This document shows, piece after piece, positions 31,265-43,839 of a stretch of 64,000 bases of DNA. The position numbers were made by a program, and so were the translations under genes. The first letter of the stretch is position 1. Every line of letters starts with the position of its first letter. The stretch is from Perkinsela sp. CCAP 1560/9. Its lineage: Eukaryota; Protista; Euglenozoa: Kinetoplastea. The notes under the pieces were generated by a model that did not search any database, was not told the DNA's origin, and saw only the letters and a program-made list of their open reading frames with translations. The stretch covers positions 372,001 to 436,000 of the forward strand of contig CBFFSA010000002.1 of the NCBI GenBank assembly GCA_965644495.1, written 5' to 3'.

Positions 31265-32557
31265 TTATTGTGGGGGTCGTACCACCAACTTTCTCAGATG
31301 AGCTTCGCTCATACACCGTATTTCTTCTATTTGAAAATTAGAAAGTGAAGGGATGGGAATGCCAGAGGGCAAATTTGATGAGGAATTCCGAAGTCCATCG
31401 AATACCGGAAGGCAAAGGGCATCGGCAGGTAGAATACGATGACTTGGTGAGTAGAGTAGCAGACGAGCTATTAAATCTACCAGGTCGCTTGAGATGTGAG
31501 GGGGGAACAGTTCACGCCACGAAGACTTTGCACCACACACTCCCTTTTTACGCATTCCGTTCATCAAAATATGCATTGAAGATATACCATTGCTTGCACC
31601 CATTGCTTTAAGCTCGTGTGCGGTAGGAAGACCAAGAATTTTAACTATTTCAACAAATTGTGATTCGCTATTATCACCCATAAACAATGGTCTTCTTAGT
31701 ACGAGCTCTGCGATCACACATCCCACAGACCATAAGTCTACCGCCGTGGTGTACTGCGTTGCACCCAGAATAAGCTCCGGAGCTCTGTAATATCGAGAGC
31801 AGATATACGCCACATTAGGCTCTTGAGCATCAAGTTGTTTTGCACTTCCCAAGTCACATAATTTAAGCTCACCAGTGGTTGGATTAACCAAAACATTATG
31901 TGGCTTCACATCGCGATGACAAATATTTACCTCTGGAGAATGCAAGTAAAGCATGGCGCGTAAGAGTTGGTAGGAGAATAATCTCAGATACAGATCTGGT
32001 ACAAGTTGCCTTGAGCGCAAGTAGCTTTTGTAGAAATGCTGTATCGTCTCGGGTACAAACTCTAAAACCAAATTGAGATATACCTCCTCGGATTTCTCTT
32101 CCCTCGTGTAATAGTACTGATGTAAGGAAACAAAATTCGGGTGACTAACTCGTAGCATGAGCTGCAGCTCTCTGTTTTTGTATCTTCTGTCCTGCAGCAC
32201 TTTTTTTATCGCGACGTGAGAGCATGTAGAATTCTCAACAAAAGTTTTCGAATTTGTATTTGTGTTACGTGCAAGTGTTACTGCAGGTGGCAATGTGCCG
32301 CATGTACCAGAAATAGAACCTTTGTGCTCCCAATATGGTCCGTGACAAATCCGGGCAAGGTAGACCGTCCCAAAGCAACCTTGTCCAAGCACTCTTTCGG
32401 GAACAAACGTTTGGTAAGTATCTTTGTGCGTGCCAAGACACCCAGCCTGAGTTTCTGGTGACTCAGGCTTTGTACGTGATTTTACGGAAGCGGTTATCAT
32501 GCTCGTATAGCATGAACGAAATTCAAAAATCGAGATAAACCTATTTAGTATTATCAA
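31265..32557 (-). CDS. GSK3: Glycogen synthase kinase 3
   Basis: AIKKVLQDRRYKNRELQ, HRDVKPHN, NVAYICSRYYRAPEL; likely ATG at 32500. Confidence 0.95.
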   Translation of the reverse strand: MIILNRFISIFEFRSCYTSMITASVKSRTKPESPETQAGCLGTHKDTYQTFVPERVLGQGCFGTVYLARICHGPYWEHKGSISGTCGTLPPAVTLARNTNTNSKTFVENSTCSHVAIKKVLQDRRYKNRELQLMLRVSHPNFVSLHQYYYTREEKSEEVYLNLVLEFVPETIQHFYKSYLRSRQLVPDLYLRLFSYQLLRAMLYLHSPEVNICHRDVKPHNVLVNPTTGELKLCDLGSAKQLDAQEPNVAYICSRYYRAPELILGATQYTTAVDLWSVGCVIAELVLRRPLFMGDNSESQFVEIVKILGLPTAHELKAMGASNGISSMHILMNGMRKKGVCGAKSSWRELFPPHISSDLVDLIARLLLYSPSHRILPADALCLPVFDGLRNSSSNLPSGIPIPSLSNFQIEEIRCMSEAHLRKLVVRPPQ

Positions 32558-33191
32558 ATACTAGATTAAGATTCCTTACCTCTGACTATATCGCTTTAAA
32601 AACGTTTAAAATGCGTATCAGTTATTTAATCAACGTCGTCTCATAAATGAAATGTTGTAAATAGATGAACGAAACTTTACACTACAATAATCAAAGGAAT
32701 TGGGAAACGCTCATGGAGTCATACAATGAGAAGACTGAATAAGACCAAAATTTTAACTGCCTGTTTTTCAATATTACGAAAAGTCAGTGCTTAAAATTGA
32801 TGAAACCAGAGATGAAAAAAAGCGATGTGGCTAGCATTACCAGAATACTTCACTTACTATTATAGTTCTTTAAAAGTATTAAATATCTCATTAGCGCACA
32901 TGAAAAGTTTGAGTAACTCATTAAGAAACCACTATAAATCTATTATGCAATCTAAGTCAGACTCGTAATTCTTATGACAATTCAATTTCTTTGGTGTCTA
33001 CTCAAGATAGCGAGATTTGTTGAAATAAGCAAAATAATTTGAGACATACGATAGAAAATAGAGTATTAACTATAGGAAAAAATGGATATACTTTATGGAA
33101 AAAGTGTAGCTCTATGTTTTTTTAAGTTAGCTCATCTAACTCTTGTGAAATGTTAAGTATGTTTCTTATTAACTGTTCTGCATGCCCCTTG

Positions 33192-34232
33192 TTAAGGTGG
33201 AGAAGGTTTTCCAGGTGTCTGACAACCACTCTGTCGGATCACTATTCCAGCAGCATAGCTTCCGAGCTCTACGCATTTTTTCAGCGGAATGCCTCGACAT
33301 AAGCCACTTAGAAAACCTCCCACAAAGGCATCACCGGCTCCATTCGTATCCACTATCTCTTCGAAGGGTACGGTAGGTACTTCAACAAGCTCTGTAGGGC
33401 TATTGCTACAGGATAGCACTACTGGATCCTTCCCTTGGGTAAATACTACGGTCTGTAAACCGTTCGCTTTCAAAATTTGATTTGATGCAATCTGAGAAGC
33501 AATCTCGTTGGGCTCAAGATTTCCTTCTCCAATTCCAAGCATTTGAGCCAGGCTTCTGGCCTCGTCCTCATTGCAGAAAATAATATCGCAGTACGGTAGT
33601 AACTTCATGAGAGGATCCTTAAAATATTGCATAATAAATGGCGCCGACATATTCATGCAGAAAGTAAGATTTCTTGCCTTGCACTTTTCTGCTAGATCGC
33701 ACAGGGCCTCTGGGCAGACGGTAAGAAAAAATCCCGAGGCATAGACGATCGAGGCATCCTTCACACATTTTTGCACGGCGTCAGATTTTATGTGCTCATA
33801 AGCGAATTTGTTTGCGGCCTGTAAGGAAGCTACCAGTGAGCGCTCTTTACCCGTAATACACACAGCGCATAGACCTGTCGGAGTTTCATCTGTAATTTCC
33901 ATCATTGGGCTTACGTCAACTCCACTCTGTGTCGCGTTGTCTTTGAGTGTCGTGGCGTAGTGGTCCTTTCCCACGGCACCCATGTAGTGTACTTTATTAT
34001 TCTCCTCTAGCATCCAACTACAAACTCGAGCGGTGTTCATTCCGCTACCGCCTGCTATGTACTCCGTCCCTTTCTGTTCAGAAAGTTCTTGAAAAAAAGA
34101 TGGTCCATGTAGTTCCGGGTCAGCAAGAGCGGCGCTGGAGGGGGCAATTTTGTACTTTTCCAAAAATTGCGGTGTTACTGTATTGGAAATGTCAAGTAAA
34201 GGGTTGCACACACAAAGAAGATTTTTCGTCAT
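33192..34232 (-). CDS. ADK: Adenosine kinase
   Basis: CNPLLDIS, GGSGMN, TGLCAV, NEDEA, VDTNGAGDAFVGGF. Confidence 0.95.
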   Translation of the reverse strand: MTKNLLCVCNPLLDISNTVTPQFLEKYKIAPSSAALADPELHGPSFFQELSEQKGTEYIAGGSGMNTARVCSWMLEENNKVHYMGAVGKDHYATTLKDNATQSGVDVSPMMEITDETPTGLCAVCITGKERSLVASLQAANKFAYEHIKSDAVQKCVKDASIVYASGFFLTVCPEALCDLAEKCKARNLTFCMNMSAPFIMQYFKDPLMKLLPYCDIIFCNEDEARSLAQMLGIGEGNLEPNEIASQIASNQILKANGLQTVVFTQGKDPVVLSCSNSPTELVEVPTVPFEEIVDTNGAGDAFVGGFLSGLCRGIPLKKCVELGSYAAGIVIRQSGCQTPGKPSPP

Positions 34233-34971
34233 AAAAATGCGACTATAAAAGGCTAGTTCAAAATATCTCTAAGAGCTACACTATCCGCCATTAGAGAAAA
34301 ACCGTTCCAGTAGGCCAGTGTAATTTGCACACGGCCGGAATTCTTATGTTCTAGCTTTCTGGTAGTTTCAAAATATTGCTACAAATAAAATGGCATAGCA
34401 TTAACTTCAACATATATAACTTTAACTTTCAAATATGTATGTGTACTAACAACGGGCCCAAATAACGTCGGTATAAAATCAAAACACCAAACCTTAAAAT
34501 ATTGCGAATAGGTAGAATACTATTAAAAAAAGCAAATAAAAAACGCAAGTTGTCGTGTGTATGTCTTGCATAAAACCCTATTGTGAAACTGCTATAAAAA
34601 TGGAATAATACAAACAGAAATTGCCGTTTTTTTACTTCATTTGTCTGTCTTCTACTTTCATAGGATATAAAAAGGATTCGATGCTAAAAGTTTGAAATGC
34701 TGGCAACTATACACAAACCAAAAAATATGAGTCTTGATAAATAATGCTAATGTTATATAAAAGCTAATTTGTATTCATCATGGAACTTTTAGTTGTACTT
34801 CCTATACAAAGCATCCATATTAAAAACACAGAACGTCTAGTTTTGCCAGAAAAAGTTTGAAGATTATTTCTTGCTCACACGACAAACTTACGAAAACTCA
34901 TGTCAAGATATTTCCACACTGTAGTTCACTTCGTTCATGGATACGACCGTATTGTCGTTTATTCTGATCTA

Positions 34972-36198
34972 TTATTTTGCATACAAGTCAAGGCTAATCT
35001 CCTTTGGCATGGGTTTTATTACTGTGTCGAGCTCCTTCTCAATGCATACTACCGACTCACGATCTTCTTTTGTTATAAAATTAATGGCCAACCCCAGATG
35101 ACCAAAACGGCCACTTCTACCGATACGATGAAGATAAGTCTCAGCGGCCCTAGGAAAATCGAAATTAACCACCACATTCACTGCCTGAATATCAATACCA
35201 CGGGTAATGAGATCCGAGCACACAAGGTTCCGGCACAAACCTTGGCGGAAGTCATGAAAAACACGATTACGGTGTTCCTGGGGCATCCGAGCGTGAATAT
35301 AGTAGCAAGAATACCCTAGCGCCGTAATTTTTTTCGCAAGCAACTCTACACGATTTACACTGTTGCAAAAGATGATGGATTGGTTGATTTGTAATCGTGT
35401 GAACAGCGTGTTCAAGCAGTGAATCTTTTGCTTTTCCTCTACATAAGCGTAGAATTGCGATACCCCGATGAGGGTTAGTTCATCCATTAGATTGATCACA
35501 TGCGCTTTGCGCAAGTGACTGTGACAGAAAGACTTGACTGCGACAGGAAAGGTTGCAGAAAACATTAGCAACTGTCGTTTCGGGCTCGCGTACCGAATCA
35601 CCTTGTCCACCAATTCCATCATCTCGGAGGACAACAGTTTGTCTGCCTCGTCTAAAATCACCATGTGACAACTAGACAAGTTAGCTACGTTTTTCGAAGC
35701 CAAGTCGAAGATTCGGCCTGGGGTGGCTACTAGGATGTGAGGGGGGTTAAACAAACGTTGGATGTCACCACGTAGGGAAGTACCTCCGGTGCTGGTCATG
35801 ACGTTCACCTCCATGTGCTTACCGAGCTCCTTGGTCACCTGAGCCGTCTGCAGTGCCAGTTCCCGTGTGGGGACGAGTATAAGAACTTGAATCTTGTGGT
35901 TCTTCACGTTTACCTTTTCTAAGGCGGGGATAATGAAAGAGGCTGTCTTTCCGGTTCCGTTCTTCGCGCGAGCCATAATATCTTTGCCGGAGATGGCGGC
36001 AGGAATCGCTTCCTCTTGGATGGGAGAAGGACGTTCGAATCCCTTTTCAAATATTCCCATTAAAAGCTCGCGCTTGAGTTGGTAGTCTTCAAAGGTAAGT
36101 TGCTGCCTGGAACGAACATCATCGGTTTTAATACGAGTATCCTTTTCGGGGGCTCGTAGTCCTTGTTTCCAATCTCCATTTTTAACTTCTTCGGTCAT
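34972..36198 (-). CDS. DHH1: DEAD-box RNA helicase DHH1/DDX6
   Basis: [37 protein letters not shown]. Confidence 0.97.
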   Translation of the reverse strand: MTEEVKNGDWKQGLRAPEKDTRIKTDDVRSRQQLTFEDYQLKRELLMGIFEKGFERPSPIQEEAIPAAISGKDIMARAKNGTGKTASFIIPALEKVNVKNHKIQVLILVPTRELALQTAQVTKELGKHMEVNVMTSTGGTSLRGDIQRLFNPPHILVATPGRIFDLASKNVANLSSCHMVILDEADKLLSSEMMELVDKVIRYASPKRQLLMFSATFPVAVKSFCHSHLRKAHVINLMDELTLIGVSQFYAYVEEKQKIHCLNTLFTRLQINQSIIFCNSVNRVELLAKKITALGYSCYYIHARMPQEHRNRVFHDFRQGLCRNLVCSDLITRGIDIQAVNVVVNFDFPRAAETYLHRIGRSGRFGHLGLAINFITKEDRESVVCIEKELDTVIKPMPKEISLDLYAK

Positions 36199-36557
36199 TG
36201 GGGTACCAACTTATTGACGGTAATAGAAAGAAACTCAATGAAATTTGACTGTGTATAAAAAATGTGTAGTGGGCAGGAGTTTGTTGTCCAACAAATGATA
36301 CCAATAATGCCCCTACATTACGAGACTAGATTTTCCATATAGCAATACAAAATTTTCGACTTTGAGGGGAGTCTGACGCTCAATACATCCGTCCCTTCAC
36401 CATTGTGAAACATATCAAAAATGCACTCTTTTCAGAGCATATTTCACTTCAGATGCAGGTTTACACTTCCAAAAATTATTAATTCCATATTAGTGAATCG
36501 AGTTCAATACTTTCTTAGTAATTCGAAATAACTACGCCATGTCAATTTCGCCCATAG

Positions 36558-37043
<486 letters not shown>

Positions 37044-37194
37044 TCAAATGTAGTGTGAAAGGAAAATAAATCACACACATAAAAAACGTTCAGCCAATGA
37101 CATTGTTTCAAAAATATCTTAAAAGTATTTCACCCGCGTGCCGGAGCACATGATTAAAATGATATGAATCCTGATTTAAAAAATGATAACTTTT

Positions 37195-38760
37195 TTACAT
37201 GGCCACTGAAAATACCTGTGAGTCCGATACTAAAACGGGCTCCACTTGTTTTCGAGCCTTACCCTTTTTCTTGAGGTGTTTTGGCACTTTTTGCTTCCGC
37301 CGTTCTCTATTTTCAACCTTAATTTCCTTGCGGTGCGACTTCCTTTCGTCCTTTGACTTACCAGCTCGAACGTACGGCATCTCAGTTTCCGATAGAGCTT
37401 GATGCGTAAGAGGAATGGAGCTACTGCTATGTGCATCATCTTCCTTAACTTCGTCACAAAGTGCAGAAGGTATTGAAATTTTCATTTTTTCATGCAAATT
37501 CGCATTCTCGATTTCTTTAATGCACATTTCTTTGAATTGACTTTCCAATATAGGAGTTTGTTTCAATTCATCGTATTGACGTTCTACATCTTCACTGCAG
37601 TGCGCAGTGGTGTAATTCCCGAAAGAATTTGGCAATGGAATTTGTTCGAAAACTTTATCACGCAGCGGATCTGACCCCTGGGCGATCCCAACAGCCAAGA
37701 TTTCTGCTTTTCCGGTGACATAACGATAAATATTTTCCACAGTAGCGCGCTCTTCTGGTGGAATGTACTGTACAAACAGACGATTAACATTAGCGATATC
37801 ACGTCGCAGAAAGGTGGAAGCATTCGGATGATCCGGTTCCACGGATTGGGAGACGTCAATTACATAAAGACGGGGTGGAACTTCATCGTCGTATGAATCG
37901 CGAGGGGAGCGAGTATTCGTTCGTAGCAATGTTTCTGTATTCGAGGCTGGGTCACCTTGCTTTTCCCCTGTTGGCTCCACTAGAAGGTTAAATTCACTAA
38001 AATCACCGTGCACAAGCCTGCAAAGTTGGTACATGTCCTTCAATATTTGAATTGCTTGCCGGTACAAATTGAGACCAAAACGCTCACGGAGCGAACGGAC
38101 ATCGTGAAGACGCTCCCATGCCCTTTCCTTGGACCCCAGAAAAGTCATGACCAAAATGTGTAACCGAAGTTGCAGCACCCGAGGGGCTAATATTTTTGCT
38201 GCCTCAAGGCGGCGTAAATTCCTGGCCTCCTTCTCTGCCCAAGCGCGCACCATCTTACGTGGGTTTGTCTTGCAATAGCGCTGAAAGCGGAAATCCCCCC
38301 TGACGTAGCGCTCCCTGTCCTTAAAAAGAAGAATAGCAGTGCGGTAGACCTTGATCGCGACGGGATCTCCCTGGGCTTGGGTGGAGTAGTACACGTTAGC
38401 TTCCTTTCCTGTTGACAGACATCCGTGGACGGCCTGCAGAAAACCGCTGCGTACCATTTTATACAAGATCAACCGAGTTCTGGGGTCCATTACATTCTCC
38501 ACAGTTCCACGCTCCGCCTTATCTGGACGGGACGTGCGGTAATCTTTACAAAGAAATTCATCGCAAATGTAATGCCGAGCGTTGTCAGCCTCTGCGGTTC
38601 GGTTACCGCCGCATCTCTTTGTGGAGCTCTTCAAAGGCTGTGCATTGGCATGATGCGCGGATGCGGAGTCCTCATCGCCGCTCTCTTCGAAGAAGTCGTC
38701 CACGTTGTATTTAAGCAATCCCATGATATAAGAAGAGTACGAACTATTAAGTTGGAACAA
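37195..38760 (-). CDS. RIO1: RIO1 atypical kinase
   Basis: STGKEANVY, NPRKMVRAWAEKE, LVHGDFSEFN, IDVSQ, basic tail; likely ATG at 38724. Confidence 0.95.
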   Translation of the reverse strand: MFQLNSSYSSYIMGLLKYNVDDFFEESGDEDSASAHHANAQPLKSSTKRCGGNRTAEADNARHYICDEFLCKDYRTSRPDKAERGTVENVMDPRTRLILYKMVRSGFLQAVHGCLSTGKEANVYYSTQAQGDPVAIKVYRTAILLFKDRERYVRGDFRFQRYCKTNPRKMVRAWAEKEARNLRRLEAAKILAPRVLQLRLHILVMTFLGSKERAWERLHDVRSLRERFGLNLYRQAIQILKDMYQLCRLVHGDFSEFNLLVEPTGEKQGDPASNTETLLRTNTRSPRDSYDDEVPPRLYVIDVSQSVEPDHPNASTFLRRDIANVNRLFVQYIPPEERATVENIYRYVTGKAEILAVGIAQGSDPLRDKVFEQIPLPNSFGNYTTAHCSEDVERQYDELKQTPILESQFKEMCIKEIENANLHEKMKISIPSALCDEVKEDDAHSSSSIPLTHQALSETEMPYVRAGKSKDERKSHRKEIKVENRERRKQKVPKHLKKKGKARKQVEPVLVSDSQVFSVAM

Positions 38761-39054
38761 AAAAATCTATTTTTAGTTTTCTACCATACAAGAGTACTGT
38801 AATTCATGTAATGAAAATATTCTGTTATTTTTTATGCGTGAAATAGTCAATTTAATTAAGAGAGATTAATTTATGTAATGATAACAGAGATTAATTTTTG
38901 TCAAAGCGAGTGTCACCAAATCTACCGACGCTCAAGGAATATAAAAGTCACAAGTAGGTTTCAGTACTTTAACCCTGTATAATTACACTCTAGGAAGTCT
39001 AGGTGGGCGCAAATTTATCACATAACGAAAATTCAAAGAAAGCGCGGCAAAGTT

Positions 39055-40692
39055 TCAGTCAAGGTTATGAGAGTCTCGCAATTTCACGTTGAGCAAATTC
39101 TTCACAGTGCGTCCTTTGACACGATGACCCTTGCGAGAATTTATGTTACTAGACGATTTGGATGAGTTTGTCGACTCATTTTCAGGTCTATTTAGAGTTT
39201 TCACTTCTTTTCTTGAATCGTCGTGTGAGTCTTCAAAGTTCGTATTCTCTATGTGATCTCCTGTAGATTCTTTGCCCTGATGCTTCTTCATGCGCTGAAG
39301 CCACACATTTCCTACTCGTGTTGAATTTCCAGAATGGTGTACCGGGGAATTAGAATTGATATGTGAAGGTACCTGTGACCCAATGATTGGTTTGACTGTT
39401 CGATTCCATGGTGTTTCAGTGGGTGCTGGTGGGATTGCTGCATCCAATGGAAGCTTCGCAAGCTTGTCAAGGTCTTCGACTGCAGTAGAATAAGATGTAT
39501 CTTTGTTTGTAGAGATTGGTTTATTATCACTATGTTTTTGTCCCTGGGCACGTGCAGCTTTCGGGGAGGGAAAAGATATCGCCTTCTTCGCTTCTCGATG
39601 GGGCCTCGCACTAGGTAATTTGCTTTGTCTTTGACCTTTTAGGTTCTCTAAATTTTTTGATGGATGGGAATCAACAACGGAAGGTAAATTTGTTGTACTC
39701 TCTGAACAACTTTCCATGGTGTTCATGGATGTGTTAGGATCCTCACACTTGTTATTCATATTTTCAACCTCCGTGCCGCATATGTATACGACTTCTTCGA
39801 CTTCGTCAACTTGTGCATCCGCATGCAAATCCTCTTTGGCGACATCACGGTTTGAATCCCCAAGAATGTTTACAAAATTATCCTTTCGATTGTCCTGTAC
39901 TTTCAGTCCCTGTGAATCTTCGTTTACGGAGTTGGGTTTAATGGCCAGTGCCTGAGCAAAAGATTTGGCCGATTCCACATGATGAGGAAGAGTTATGCTC
40001 GATGATACCGCTCTTGATGGTTCAAAATATAAACCTTTGCCCTGCGAAAACAAGGCAAGGGTGCTTTCCAAGTCGTACGTCTTCCTGGCAGTGTCCTTCC
40101 TCCAAACTTGCGTCGAGGAAGGAATAAATCCCATGCTGAGATAATCTTTTAAGTCACATAGGGATACTGGCCCTAGGGCTGGACTCTCCTTTTCCACTCT
40201 ATAGTAGAAGACGGTTTCCGTTGATTCAGGGCCACAAGGTACCTTTTCAGAAAATACACTTGAAAAGCTATCTGTATCTTCTGGTGCGTACTCTGGATCC
40301 TGTGTTCTTGATCGTTGGTCTGCAAATTTCGAGATTGTAGTAACGCAGGGGGCGTCCGTCGATACGGTTTGGTTGGTAATAGGAACCACCATGTCTGGTG
40401 TGTCACTTTGTGATCCAATAGTTAGTGGCCATCGGAAGCATCCTAAATCAAACACTGACACTTCTTCCCTAGGAGTATTTGTAATCGTTGAATCAAATTG
40501 GTATGGCTGGAATAAATCAAAAAATTCCTTCCTTGTGTACGTGCACTGATAACCGCGTGTTAAACAAAGATCTCCTTGAGCAATCTCGATGTCTCCATCC
40601 GTAGGAGCTGCGGCCTTTTCAGACTCTATGAACATTGTGATTCTGTGGTAGAGTTGGTGTATTTGGTCGTCCACTAATAAATAGAAATGCAT
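39055..40692 (-). CDS. GYF-domain protein (GIGYF-like)
   Basis: FYY...LGPVSLCDLKDYLSMGFIPSSTQVWR is a GYF-type signature; likely ATG at 40635. Confidence 0.65.
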   Translation of the reverse strand: MHFYLLVDDQIHQLYHRITMFIESEKAAAPTDGDIEIAQGDLCLTRGYQCTYTRKEFFDLFQPYQFDSTITNTPREEVSVFDLGCFRWPLTIGSQSDTPDMVVPITNQTVSTDAPCVTTISKFADQRSRTQDPEYAPEDTDSFSSVFSEKVPCGPESTETVFYYRVEKESPALGPVSLCDLKDYLSMGFIPSSTQVWRKDTARKTYDLESTLALFSQGKGLYFEPSRAVSSSITLPHHVESAKSFAQALAIKPNSVNEDSQGLKVQDNRKDNFVNILGDSNRDVAKEDLHADAQVDEVEEVVYICGTEVENMNNKCEDPNTSMNTMESCSESTTNLPSVVDSHPSKNLENLKGQRQSKLPSARPHREAKKAISFPSPKAARAQGQKHSDNKPISTNKDTSYSTAVEDLDKLAKLPLDAAIPPAPTETPWNRTVKPIIGSQVPSHINSNSPVHHSGNSTRVGNVWLQRMKKHQGKESTGDHIENTNFEDSHDDSRKEVKTLNRPENESTNSSKSSSNINSRKGHRVKGRTVKNLLNVKLRDSHNLD

Positions 40693-40873
40693 ACTATGTA
40701 CGATATGCTTAAAAACGGAAACCTATAACCTTTTCATACACAGTTGAAATACATTCTTATACTTGCGCAGGGGTTAATATTGACTCATACGCTTATGAAT
40801 AAGTTCATTTTCATGTTTAAAAAGAGACGTACAACTAGAATTTTTGCTCGGGTTTCTGTCGATATTTCAAGTA

Positions 40874-42220
40874 CTAAACGCCTTCCGTATCCGGATTCTC
40901 CTTTGAACGGGGGTGCAAGCTAACAGTATCAAACTGTTTGGTCACCGCCTTGTGGAATGTCGCGTCGACGTTTGTCATGCTTTTCTGGTTGGGTTCATTT
41001 AATTCTTCTGAATAGTTTTTTCTCTCGGATGTATTACTGCGAAAAACATCACGAACCTTAGTTATAATTTTTCCCACGGTTCCTCGATGCTGTTTTTCAC
41101 TCTCCTTTGATGTATTGTTATTCTCAAAATTCCTTTCATTCAACCTGTCTGCAGCGGTTTCACGTTTATTCTGCGCCGCACTCGGATCCCCGGAGCTCTG
41201 CATTGAACCAAACGCCTCACGGGAGAACCCTGCAGAGGCCCCGGGTGTCCCTTTGGTCTCCTGACTCCCTTGTCGTCGTGGAGGCTGTGGGCGAATCACC
41301 GTACCCCCGAGCCGCATCGGCTGCGGGGAATCCCGCCCGGAGCGGGACACCTCCGGGGACACATCTTTGCTCCCAAAATCGTCCCGGGAGAAGGCAGCAG
41401 GAAGGCGTCCGGTCGGGGGACCCTCGGCTGTGGCAAACGTGTCACGGGATAACATCGCGCCTGGGGTACGAGCCGGGGGTACGGCACTCTGCACGGAGGC
41501 ACCGAAACGAATCTCCGCACGAGGGGGTGCGAGATCGACTTGCTCACGACTGCCAAAGAGCGTACGAGAGAAGGGGCCCGCAGTGGAAGGCATGCGGTCG
41601 TCTCCCCCGGCCCGGGAAAGCATCCCTTGAGGGGTTAACTCCCCGGAGTCAAACGAAACGGCGCCTTGCTTCAGACTGTAGAGTCCCAGCGGAGGGGCTT
41701 TGCGAGATTTTCCGGAGGAGGATTTTCGTGCGTCGTGGTCATCGTCGCTGGCTACACGACGCTCGACTTTAAGAGTACGCTGACCCATCTGAAGCTTCAA
41801 GTGCTGTTTTAAGGCGTTTTCCGCGTCCTTGACGGTGTGAAAATCAATGTAGCCAAATCCCTTCATCTTTCCCTGGTCGTCGTAGAGTAAATTTACGTAC
41901 CTGGCGCCCGGGAAGAGGGCCCGGACAGTTCGAGTGGTGGCACTATATGGAAGGTTTCCTACGAACACCTCTGTTTCATTAAGAGCGGGGAGCTTGTCAC
42001 TCAGCTTGGTTCCGAAGCGCACAACACGCGCGGAGTTTTCTTCTGCGATCGCATCCGCCTCCGCTTCCGCCTCCGCCGCCCTTTGTCGTTGCCGTTCCAT
42101 TTCACCCAGCTTTTCCTCAAGTTCTGCGGTACCCAACTCATCCCAGCTACGCACTTGTAGTTGCTGACCTCTATCCCGTCGCACCTGCTTCTTTTTTGTT
42201 ACTACCGCCGCTTCATTCAT
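40874..42220 (-). CDS. RRM protein, eIF4B-like
   Basis: RNP2 VFVGNLPY, RNP1 KGFGYIDF, disordered tail with repeated FSRxxFGS motifs. Confidence 0.7.
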   Translation of the reverse strand: MNEAAVVTKKKQVRRDRGQQLQVRSWDELGTAELEEKLGEMERQRQRAAEAEAEADAIAEENSARVVRFGTKLSDKLPALNETEVFVGNLPYSATTRTVRALFPGARYVNLLYDDQGKMKGFGYIDFHTVKDAENALKQHLKLQMGQRTLKVERRVASDDDHDARKSSSGKSRKAPPLGLYSLKQGAVSFDSGELTPQGMLSRAGGDDRMPSTAGPFSRTLFGSREQVDLAPPRAEIRFGASVQSAVPPARTPGAMLSRDTFATAEGPPTGRLPAAFSRDDFGSKDVSPEVSRSGRDSPQPMRLGGTVIRPQPPRRQGSQETKGTPGASAGFSREAFGSMQSSGDPSAAQNKRETAADRLNERNFENNNTSKESEKQHRGTVGKIITKVRDVFRSNTSERKNYSEELNEPNQKSMTNVDATFHKAVTKQFDTVSLHPRSKENPDTEGV

Positions 42221-42671
42221 GATACTTGCGAGAAGAGTTTATGCTCAATACGTTTAAAAATTGTATGATAATACGTTCAGTATGAACTATAATTTTAAAC
42301 CAACCGTGCTGTTAGGTTATACTGCTGGGTTATTCAATCGAAGATACGTGATTATAATATTACTAATATTAAAAAAGAAATATGCAATTAAAATGTGAAA
42401 CTAAAATCGAAAACCAAAACTACGGTGAAAATAATCCTCTCGAAAGCGATAGATATTAAAAAACTAAAAGTAAAAATAGATCCAGAACGCGTGTAACGCC
42501 TGTGTTGATAATAAGAATTAATCAATAAGAAAACGTGCCTATGTGGAAAATACATTTGTAGTTGAGATAATAGATGAAGAGTTTCGATTGTTGTACGATT
42601 GTATGAAGTAATTTATACCCTGGGAAATAAATACATTTTAATAGGAGCTCTTTACCAACGAGTCCTATGAG

Positions 42672-43304
42672 TTACGACAGAGCTGGGTTTTGCTGGGGTT
42701 GCGACTGCTGTTGCTGTTGCAGAAGCATCATCATATGTTGCTGTTGCAACTGTTGTTGCTGTGGACTTAACATGGAGCTGCTAATTGCAGGTTGTCCAAC
42801 ACCGGGAGAAGACTGCTGGTTGTTCACTACGGCCTGTTGCATCTGTTGGAGCCACAACTGTTGCGCTTGTATTTGCTGCAGGTAGTACAATTGGTTGGCA
42901 TCTAAGGGCTGCTGTTGCGAAGGTGCGATAGTAGAGGACGAGGGCGCGGCGGAATCCATCTGTTGCATATGCTGCAGAAGACGCTGCGCCTCATCCGGTT
43001 TCGCGTATGCCACTTTCAGACGTTTATTCAAAATCGCATAACCATTGAGATTATTGATTGCAAGAGAAGCACTCTGGGGCTGACGATACTTCACGAAGCC
43101 AAAACCTCTACTCGAGTTGGTTTCCTTGTCTTGAATAATCTTCACACTGTCAACAACACCGTAGGCCTCGAACATTTGGCGTAAATATGCTTCGTCTACT
43201 TGTGATGGGATGTAGTTCACCATCAGGTTACTGAGTATGTCATATTCATTAGGGTGAGTTAGCCCTTGTGCTCCCCCGTATTGTGGACGCCTTCCCTGGT
43301 TCAT
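42672..43304 (-). CDS. UBP1: U-rich RNA-binding protein, kinetoplastid UBP1/UBP2 type
   Basis: NLMVNYIP..VDE..LRQMFE.YG...SVKI...SRGFGFVK...ILNKRLKVA; Gln-rich tail. Confidence 0.8.
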   Translation of the reverse strand: MNQGRRPQYGGAQGLTHPNEYDILSNLMVNYIPSQVDEAYLRQMFEAYGVVDSVKIIQDKETNSSRGFGFVKYRQPQSASLAINNLNGYAILNKRLKVAYAKPDEAQRLLQHMQQMDSAAPSSSTIAPSQQQPLDANQLYYLQQIQAQQLWLQQMQQAVVNNQQSSPGVGQPAISSSMLSPQQQQLQQQHMMMLLQQQQQSQPQQNPALS

Positions 43305-43839
43305 TGATAAGATTAGTCGAAAGCAGGCGAGTAGGAAGAGAAAGCTAAAGAGAGAAAACTAAATAAAAGCAGAAAGATTCGTTTAAGATGAATAGTTTAA
43401 GATGCTTACATGCTCACAGCAAAGTGATTTATGCATCCAGAAATGCATCGAAGTACCGTTCAAAAAAAGTACCATTCAAAAAATGCTACAAAGTTACGAT
43501 ATGAGCCACTTGGAGAAAGGACTCAAAGTCGCCCGCTTGGACATACGTAATTTCAAAACAGCATCTCGACTAACCACGGACCTTAAAGAACTGGATATTA
43601 CTTCCTTGCTTTTTGATACTGGTTTCGATTCTATTCGCTGAAATTACATTTCCGCCGCTGGCGTTGGGTATCTAGATTCGAAAGGATGTAGTGGTAATTT
43701 AGGGAAGGCCAAGACCAGAACTAACGCTCATGTGCTGTAGTACATGCTGAAGTACTGTATATCTCAAAACACGGAACAAAAAAATTTGATCACGCAGACA
43801 TGTGCCTAATTGGTTTAATAACAAATGGGATTCAAAATC

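Noticed and set aside
43719-43728. AACTAACGCT, identical to the first 10 nt of the trypanosomatid spliced leader
   Set aside because: Not followed by the conserved CAGTTTCTGTACT...TG/GT; a 10-mer match is plausible by chance in 64 kb.
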